DNA of 40,000 bases from Nitrospirota bacterium (lineage in GTDB: Bacteria > Nitrospirota > UBA9217). The DNA lies in NCBI GenBank assembly GCA_963845065.1, contig CAWJQQ010000001.1, positions 811,540-851,539 of the forward strand. The letters run 5' to 3'. The notes under the pieces were generated by a model. The model made no database searches and had not been told where the DNA came from. It saw only the letters and a program-made list of their open reading frames with translations. Position 1 is the first letter of the stretch; every line of letters begins with the position of its first letter. Of the stretch, positions 33,861-40,000 are shown piece after piece. The position numbers and the translations under genes were made by a program.

Positions 33861-35303
33861 ATGGCCCCTCAAGGACACAAATCCGAGCTCATGAACCTTC
33901 AGCTTATAATTGACTCGACTCCCGCTCTGATCCACAGCGGCCCGCCTGACGGCCGTCTCGATTTTTTCAATCAATGTTGGCTGGACTTCGTCGGTCTTTC
34001 GTTGGAGCACCTGCTGGGCTGGAAATGGACGGCTTCAATTCATCCTGAAGACGTTGAAGCGTTCGTGGAAAAGTCGCGCGCGGCCCTTGAGGCAGGGGAG
34101 CCTTTCGAAGGAGAAGCACGCGTCTGGCGGGCGGATGGGGTATATCGCTGGATGCTCCACCGCAGCGTGCCTCTCCGTGACGGACAGGGAAACATCGTAA
34201 GATGGTATGGATCCAGTATAGATATCGAGGACCTCAAGCGGACCGAAGATTCCCTCCAAAGGGCTTTTGACGAAATTAATAAATTGAAGGACCAACTCCA
34301 GAGAGAGAACATCGTGTTGCGCGAAGAAGTTGACAGAGCATCGATGTTCGAGGAGATCGTAGGCGCGTCACCGGCACTGAAAGCCGTGCTTGCGCGTGTC
34401 GTTAAGGTAGCGCCCACGGATTCAACCATCTTCATCACCGGCGAAACCGGCACGGGAAAGGAACTCATCGCCCGAGCCATCCACAAACGGTCGCAGCGCT
34501 CCTCACGGGCCTTTGTGAGTGTGAATTGTGCCGCAATTCCCGTATCGTTGATCGCCTCGGAACTGTTCGGTCATGAGAAGGGAGCCTTCACCGGAGCCCT
34601 CCAGCGGCGCCTCGGCCGCTTCGAGTTGGCGGAAGACGGGACGATCTTCCTGGATGAAATCGGGGAGCTGCCGGCCGAGACCCAGATAGCGCTCCTCCGT
34701 GTGCTGCAGGAGCACGAATTCGAGCGTGTGGGAGGGAATCAAGCGATCCGGACCAACGTGCGGGTCATTACCGCCACCAATCGTGATTTGAAGGCCGCCA
34801 TTGAAGCCGGCATCTTTCGGCGCGATCTGTTTTATCGGCTCAATGTATTTCCCATTGAAATGCCTCCTCTTCGCGAACGAAAAGAGGACATCCCCCTGCT
34901 GGTCGAGTATTTCATTAATCGATATGCCAGTAAAACGGGGAAGGAAATACGGAGCATCAACAAAAAGACCATGGATCTGTTTCAGTCGTACCCCTGGCCG
35001 GGCAACATTCGAGAGCTGCAGAATGTGATCGAACGGTCGGTTATCATCTGTGACACGAAGATCTTCTCAGTCGATGAGAGTTGGCTCGTTCGGGAGTCTT
35101 GTGAGACTCAGCCGGCAAGCCAGCCGCTCACCGACAAGCTTGTGACTCACGAAAAAGAGATGATTGAGGCTGCCCTGGCTGAAAGCAGAGGCCGAGTGTC
35201 TGGACCGTTGGGTGCGGCCGCTAGGCTCGGTATTCCGCCCTCGACTCTGGAATCGAAGATCAGATCCCTCAAGATCAACAAACATCGCTTCAAACCCGCA
35301 TAG
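33861..35303 (+). CDS. Sigma-54-dependent transcriptional activator with N-terminal PAS domain and C-terminal Fis-type HTH
   Basis: PAS (..WTASIHPEDVEAF..DGVYRWMLHRSVPLRD..), GETGTGKE Walker A, EKGAFTGA (GAFTGA), RELQNVIER, C-terminal HTH ..AAARLGIPPSTLESKI. Confidence 0.95.
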   Translation: MAPQGHKSELMNLQLIIDSTPALIHSGPPDGRLDFFNQCWLDFVGLSLEHLLGWKWTASIHPEDVEAFVEKSRAALEAGEPFEGEARVWRADGVYRWMLHRSVPLRDGQGNIVRWYGSSIDIEDLKRTEDSLQRAFDEINKLKDQLQRENIVLREEVDRASMFEEIVGASPALKAVLARVVKVAPTDSTIFITGETGTGKELIARAIHKRSQRSSRAFVSVNCAAIPVSLIASELFGHEKGAFTGALQRRLGRFELAEDGTIFLDEIGELPAETQIALLRVLQEHEFERVGGNQAIRTNVRVITATNRDLKAAIEAGIFRRDLFYRLNVFPIEMPPLRERKEDIPLLVEYFINRYASKTGKEIRSINKKTMDLFQSYPWPGNIRELQNVIERSVIICDTKIFSVDESWLVRESCETQPASQPLTDKLVTHEKEMIEAALAESRGRVSGPLGAAARLGIPPSTLESKIRSLKINKHRFKPA

Positions 35304-35418
35304 TAACTGCAATACCCTCTCCCTGAAAATCCTGATCATTTTTCGTGAACTCTCGCTAATTCTCGAAGACTCGCGACTTTGTAATTCGTGCCCTCAAGTA
35401 TTTTCAACGGATTACGCT

Positions 35419-35434
35419 TGGCATTCGCATTGCA
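35419..35434 (+). promoter_or_regulatory. Sigma-54 (-24/-12) promoter TGGCATtcgcaTTGCA
   Basis: GG-N10-GC spacing is exact (GG 35420-35421, GC 35432-35433), ~50 nt upstream of ATG 35485 and just downstream of the activator gene. Confidence 0.7.
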
Positions 35435-35484
35435 ATATAGCCTTGCATAAAACTTGGAAGGATAGTGGTTTCAACAAGGAATCT

Positions 35485-35754
35485 ATGACCTTGAAAATTC
35501 AGAAATCGGCGCAGGGGGAAGTCGTGGTCTTTACTCTGAGTGGTCGAATCAGGGAGGAAGAGGTCGCAGAGCTGCAAAGACTCTTCGAAGTCGAAGGACA
35601 AGACCACCGCATCGTTCTGGAGTTGAAAGAAGTCAAGCTTGTGGATCGAGACACAGTAAAATTTCTGGCTCGCTGCGAAGCGAAGGGCACCCGGCTCGAG
35701 AATTGCCCGGCATATATCCGCGAGTGGATTGAAAGAGAAGGACCACGACGGTAG
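35485..35754 (+). CDS. STAS-domain protein (anti-sigma-factor-antagonist-like), 89 aa
   Basis: MTLKIQKSAQGEVVVFTLSGRI..IVLELKEVKLVDRDTVKFL; RBS AAGGA. The longer ORF-track start overlaps the activator gene. Confidence 0.6.
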   Translation: MTLKIQKSAQGEVVVFTLSGRIREEEVAELQRLFEVEGQDHRIVLELKEVKLVDRDTVKFLARCEAKGTRLENCPAYIREWIEREGPRR

Positions 35755-35864
35755 TCTCTGTCGGCGCTAAACAGTAATAAGGTTTCTAGCGTGCAGGCAA
35801 TTCAAAAAATTGCATTACGCAGATTTCAAGGAACGCAGTTAGTACTTCTGGAGCATTATCACAT

Positions 35865-35961
35865 CTGAAAGGAGAAGAAAAACATGAAAGCGCAATGCAC
35901 CACAGACGTATTTCTGAAAGGAGAAGAAAACATGAAAGCACAGAGCACCACAGACGTATTA
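35865..35961 (+). repeat. Tandem duplication (49 + 48 bp) of the RBS, start codon and first codons of the HdeD-like gene
   Basis: CTGAAAGGAGAAGAAAA(A)CATGAAAGC.CA..GCACCACAGACGTATT occurs twice head to tail. ATGs at 35884 and 35932 are in frame. Confidence 0.9.
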
Positions 35962-36489
35962 AAGGGAGTCACGGGGATGTCCATCGGATGGGCCGTTATG
36001 ATGATCGTGTTGGGATTCCTGGCTGTTGCTCTGCCCCTTGCCACGGGCATTGGCGTCTCCATTTTGGTCGGTTGGATCGTCGTCTTCGGTGGTTTCACCT
36101 ATGCGGCCTATGCCTTTGCCGCTCAAGGCGCCGGGGCCTTTCTCTGGCGAATGCTGATAGGGATAGTCTACGTCGCCAGCGGTTTCTATCTGGTATTCCA
36201 TCCGGCGCTCGCATTGACGTCTCTCACAATAGTGCTGGCTGCCATATTGGTAGCGGAAGGCGTGCTGCAGATGATCGTGTTTTTCCAGTTCCGCTCCCTG
36301 CCGGGTTCCGGATGGGTCCTCTTTGACGGCATAACGACCCTGCTTCTGGGATTCTTTATCGGGTACCCCTGGCCGCTCAGTTCAGGGTGGGCGCTTGGAA
36401 CCCTTGTGGGTATTAACCTCCTCGTGAGCGGTTTTACCCGGCTGATGTACTCGGTGGCAGCCAGAAGGGTACTGAAGGCGACGGCCTGA
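35884..36489 (+). CDS. HdeD-family (DUF308) membrane protein
   Basis: Six hydrophobic segments with repeated G..L..G......P pattern (..LIGIVYVASGFYLVFHP.., ..LFDGITTLLLGFFIGYPWP..). Alternative start at 35932. Confidence 0.75.
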   Translation: MKAQCTTDVFLKGEENMKAQSTTDVLKGVTGMSIGWAVMMIVLGFLAVALPLATGIGVSILVGWIVVFGGFTYAAYAFAAQGAGAFLWRMLIGIVYVASGFYLVFHPALALTSLTIVLAAILVAEGVLQMIVFFQFRSLPGSGWVLFDGITTLLLGFFIGYPWPLSSGWALGTLVGINLLVSGFTRLMYSVAARRVLKATA

Positions 36490-36593
36490 TAACAGAAAGC
36501 GCGACTACTCGTGATTGCGATACCGGAAGATCGCACTCCGGGTCGCAATTGAAAGATTATCAAATATGATTCAAATATGAAAGGAGAATTGCT

Positions 36594-37394
36594 ATGGACA
36601 AGATGATTGTAGTCGTATTCGACAGCGAAAAGAAGGCGTACGAGGGCTCTAAAGCCCTCAGGGAATTGCATGCAGATGGGAGTATTACACTTTACGCTAT
36701 GGGCGTGATCGCGAAGGACGCCGGCGGGAAGGTGACAGTCAAAGAGGCTGTTGATGAGGGTCCCCTCGGAACGGCCGTAGGGTTGGCCACCGGGAGTTTG
36801 ATCGGCCTGCTTGGTGGGCCCATAGGTGTCGCGATCGGCGCTGGCGCCGGGACGTTTGGGGGTATACTTTACGATCTGGCTGCCGTCGGGGTTGGCGAGG
36901 ACTTCCTGGCCGAGGTCGGGGGACGCCTGCAGCCTGGCAAGGCGGCCGTTGTCGCCGAAGTCGGGGAGGATTGGTCGACGCCGGTCGATACCCGCATGGA
37001 GGCCGCGGGCGGTGTCGTCTTGCGCCGGGGACTCGGGGAAGTTCAGGACGCCCTGATCGAAAGGGACGCCGATGCACTCGAGGCCGAGATCGCTCAACTG
37101 AAAGCCGAATATGCTCAGGCGACCTGGCAAGCCAAGGCCAAGCTCCAGGCGAAGATCGACGAAGCCAAGGCCAAGCTGCAAGCCACACATGACCGCGCCG
37201 AGGCGGCGTTTGAGGCCGCGAAACAAAAGATGGAAACGAAGATCAAGTCCCTCGAGGAACAGTCGGCCAAGGCGAAGGGTGACGCGAAGGCCAAGATCGA
37301 CGCGCGCATTGCCGGGGTGCGGTCTGAGTACGAGTGGCGCTCTGACAAACTGAAGCAAGCCTGGGAACTCACCAAGCAGGCGCTGGCAGCATGA
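36594..37394 (+). CDS. DUF1269-like glycine-zipper membrane protein with C-terminal Ala/Lys-rich coiled coil
   Basis: MDKMIVVVFDSEKKAYEGSKALRELH..GPLGTAVGLATGSLIGLLGGPIGVAIGAGAGTFGG..; C-terminal AKAKLQAKIDEAKAKLQ repeats. The family name is from memory. Confidence 0.55.
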   Translation: MDKMIVVVFDSEKKAYEGSKALRELHADGSITLYAMGVIAKDAGGKVTVKEAVDEGPLGTAVGLATGSLIGLLGGPIGVAIGAGAGTFGGILYDLAAVGVGEDFLAEVGGRLQPGKAAVVAEVGEDWSTPVDTRMEAAGGVVLRRGLGEVQDALIERDADALEAEIAQLKAEYAQATWQAKAKLQAKIDEAKAKLQATHDRAEAAFEAAKQKMETKIKSLEEQSAKAKGDAKAKIDARIAGVRSEYEWRSDKLKQAWELTKQALAA

Positions 37395-37403
37395 ACTGGA
37401 TGG

Positions 37404-39365
37404 ATGAGGTGGACCATGAACGAACCTAAATTGTCACCAAGAAAAAACGACCGCGATTATGAAAAGAAGCACCAGGAGCAAAGTCGGCGCCAGTTTCGTT
37501 TCGGCATCAGCTACTTGATCACGAGCCTGATTCTCTTGTGGATGTTCCAGGTATTTGTTTTGACTCCCCGACACGACGAAATTCCTTACAGCGAGTTCAA
37601 GAAAAAACTGGCTGCCGCTCAAATCGCAAAGGTAACCATCGGCGAAAGGGGCATCGTTGGCGAGATGAAAAACCCCAAGTCGGACGGATCTCCTCCGGTC
37701 GTCCCATTCAATACAGTACCTGCTCCTGCCGGCGACCCCAGGCTGATTGAAGAGTTACAAAACGCAAATGTTACTTACCGCTTCGAGCCCCCGCCGAACC
37801 CCCTGGGCGGTATTTTGTTGAACCTTCTGCCGGTCGCACTACTCGGCGGTTTCTGGTATATGGCCTATCGGCGGGCGGGCGGGGCCGCCGGCGCAGGACA
37901 GGGCGGCATCTTTGGGATCGGGAAGAGCAAAGCGACAGAGGTCAGGCCCGAGGACGTTACGGTCACATTCAAGGATGTGGGCGGGGCGGATGAAGCCATT
38001 GCCGAGCTCCAGGAGATCATCGAGTTCTTGAAGGCGCCCGAGCAATTCTTTCAACTCGGTGGCCATATCCCCAAGGGCGTGTTGCTCGTCGGGCCCCCGG
38101 GCACCGGCAAGACACTGCTGGCCAAGGCCACGGCCGGCCAGGCCCACGTTTCGTTCTTCGAGACCAGTGGCTCCGAATTCGTTGAGATGTTCGTGGGAGT
38201 CGGCGCAGCGCGTGTACGAGACCTGTTCGAGCAGGCGCACAAGGCAGCTCCTGCTATCATTTTCATTGACGAGATTGATGCCATTGGTCAGAGCCGGGGA
38301 GGTGTTATACGCATGGGTGGCAACGACGAGCGTGAGCAGACCCTCAACCAGTTGCTCGCCGAGATTGACGGCTTTAAAACCGACTCCAGCGCCCCAGTGA
38401 TCATCATGGCTGCCACCAACCGTCCGGAGGTGCTCGACACGGCACTGCTGCGTGCGGGCCGTTTTGACCGCCAGATCGCCAATGGCAATCCGGACCTCGT
38501 TGGCAGGGTCCAAATACTGAGGATTCATTGTAAGAATGTAAAGCTTGCGGCGGACTTTGACTTGGAGCGGGCCGCCCGGATGACAGCGGGCTTCAGCGGC
38601 GCTGATCTGGCTAATGCCATGAATGAGGCGGCATTACTCGCTGCCCGGCACAAGGCCGCGGCAGTTACGTTGAATGATTTCGAGGCTGCTATCGAACGGG
38701 TGATTGCGGGTTCCGAGAAAAAGAGTCGGGTAATGAACGTGCAGGAACGAAACACGGTTGCATACCACGAGTCAGGACATGCGCTGGTGGCTGAACTGGT
38801 GCCGCATGGCGAACCGGTCAGCAAGATCAGCATCGTTCCACACAGCCGTGGCGCCTTGGGCTACACGATGCAAATGCCGACCGAAGACCGCTATCTGCTC
38901 ACGATCGACGAACTGAAGGACAGGATCGCCGTTATGCTGGGGGGGCGCGCCGCCGAGATGGTGCAGTTCGCGACTATCAGCACCGGGGCCAGTGACGACA
39001 TTATGCGGGCAACCGAGTTGGCCCGCCGTATGATCACGGAATTTGGCATGAGTGAAAAGCTCGGCTCGGTGCGCTACGCAGGTCAACAGCTCCAATACCT
39101 GGGCGGATCAGTTGAGGACAGTAGCCAGATCAGTCAAGAGACTCGTCAGGTGATCGATGCGGAAGTCCGGCGCCTAGTGACCGAACAGTACGACCGTGCC
39201 CAAGCGCTGCTGAAGGACCACCACACGGCCCTTATAACACTGGCTCGGCAACTGCTGAAGCAAGAGACGGTGAGCGGCAACGTCGTGAAAGAGGCACTGG
39301 AGAATAGTCCGAATCCGGAATCTTCTGCAGATGGCGCCCAAGTGCAGGGTCAAGCCTGGAGATGA
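37404..39365 (+). CDS. ftsH: ATP-dependent zinc metalloprotease FtsH
   Basis: [22 protein letters not shown], second region of homology, HESGHALV zinc site. The start is probably ATG 37416 after GAGGTGG. Confidence 0.97.
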   Translation: MRWTMNEPKLSPRKNDRDYEKKHQEQSRRQFRFGISYLITSLILLWMFQVFVLTPRHDEIPYSEFKKKLAAAQIAKVTIGERGIVGEMKNPKSDGSPPVVPFNTVPAPAGDPRLIEELQNANVTYRFEPPPNPLGGILLNLLPVALLGGFWYMAYRRAGGAAGAGQGGIFGIGKSKATEVRPEDVTVTFKDVGGADEAIAELQEIIEFLKAPEQFFQLGGHIPKGVLLVGPPGTGKTLLAKATAGQAHVSFFETSGSEFVEMFVGVGAARVRDLFEQAHKAAPAIIFIDEIDAIGQSRGGVIRMGGNDEREQTLNQLLAEIDGFKTDSSAPVIIMAATNRPEVLDTALLRAGRFDRQIANGNPDLVGRVQILRIHCKNVKLAADFDLERAARMTAGFSGADLANAMNEAALLAARHKAAAVTLNDFEAAIERVIAGSEKKSRVMNVQERNTVAYHESGHALVAELVPHGEPVSKISIVPHSRGALGYTMQMPTEDRYLLTIDELKDRIAVMLGGRAAEMVQFATISTGASDDIMRATELARRMITEFGMSEKLGSVRYAGQQLQYLGGSVEDSSQISQETRQVIDAEVRRLVTEQYDRAQALLKDHHTALITLARQLLKQETVSGNVVKEALENSPNPESSADGAQVQGQAWR

Positions 39366-39481
39366 GCGGTTAAGTTCGTGGCGGATCGCGTTGTCGGACA
39401 AATGAACTGCAGGTATGGCCTTGGCCACGCACTCGGTCGATGTCCCATTACAGGAGCCCGCTTTTTAGGAGTCGTTAATAC

Positions 39482-40000
39482 ATGAAACTTGCCGGAGTAA
39501 CACGATTGGATCGCAACGTCCGCCGGGCAGGCGAAATCATCGGTGTGGTGGCCAAGTACGGCCTGGCCGATTGGGTCAAGGACCTGGATGTTCCCGTGGG
39601 TCCAGGATCGCATTCGGAGCGCTGACGGCCAGCACATCCCCGACCTCAAAATCGAGGAGCGCGTGCGTCTGGCCTTCACCGAACTCGGCACCACCTTCAT
39701 CAAGCTTGGCCAGATGCTCAGCACGCGGCCCGACCTTGTCGGCCCTGAGATGGCCGGGGAACTGGCCCACCTGCAAACCGCCACCCCGGCCGATCCGCCC
39801 GCCACGGTCCGGGCCACGATGGAAGCCGAGTTCGGCAAACCGCTGAACGAGCTGTTTGCGCATTTCAAAGAAGAGCCCTTGCCTCGGCCTCCATCGCCCA
39901 GGTCCATCCGGCCCGGCTGCACTCGGGCGAGCACGTCGTCGTCAAAGTCCAGCACGCCGGCATTGAGGACAAGATCATGCCCGACCTCGATATCCTCGCC
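39482..40000 (+). pseudogene. ABC1/UbiB-family kinase-like gene, 5' part, with two apparent frameshifts (possibly sequencing artefacts); runs off the window
   Basis: Three frames together read MKLAGVTRLDRNVRRAGEIIGVVAKYGLADWVKDLDVP / [66 protein letters not shown] / [39 protein letters not shown]. Confidence 0.75.

Noticed and set aside
35164-35484. N-terminal 107 codons of the 196-aa ORF 35164..35754
   Set aside because: This stretch overlaps the 3' end of the sigma-54 activator gene and crosses the -24/-12 promoter. The STAS-like sequence only begins at the ATG at 35485, which has its own RBS.
36186-37358. 390-aa minus-strand ORF, together with other long antisense ORFs at 37839-38528 and 39350-39955
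   Set aside because: These are Arg/Leu/Gly/Pro-rich translations antisense to the DUF1269-like, ftsH and ABC1-kinase-like genes in GC-rich DNA. That is the expected artefact of GC-rich codon usage.

Overview
This window looks bacterial, possibly from an anaerobe of the Desulfobacterota or Acidobacteria type, though that is only a guess from protein flavour. It splits into three parts. (1) 1-16.3 kb holds an orphan LivK-like binding protein and a chemoreceptor, surrounded by nested and decayed mobile DNA. That DNA includes a three-hairpin 142-bp inverted-repeat pair, an IS3-like end, a frameshifted group II intron next to an IS256-like remnant, and an IS110 transposase gene. The IS110 gene is split by a 5.97-kb insertion made of a recombinase-in-trio (RIT) element plus an integrase/IS91-type Y2-transposase element. 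(2) ~16.3-33.8 kb is a visibly AT-richer accessory stretch. It carries a duplicated promoter cassette, a FecR-like lipoprotein, an intact IS3 element, an IS4 element inside a relE/parE toxin gene, a second intact group II intron and a HigBA pair. It also carries a 919-aa ORF fusing a Cas4/RecB-like nuclease and an RNase H-like exonuclease to an IS66-type DDE transposase, a 5-gene module of mostly unknown function bracketed by a bipartite direct repeat, and a patatin-like lipase. (3) 33.8-40 kb is GC-richer core-like DNA with a PAS/sigma-54 activator, a sigma-54 promoter, STAS, HdeD-like and DUF1269-like genes, FtsH and an ABC1/UbiB-like kinase. I found no rRNA, intact tRNA or CRISPR array. The best candidates for something undescribed are the nuclease-exonuclease-transposase fusion and the RIT-containing composite, whose reconstructed circle junction looks like a tyrosine-recombinase core site. 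Several frameshifts, two of them at GG>G positions, could be assembly errors, so the pseudogene calls are provisional.
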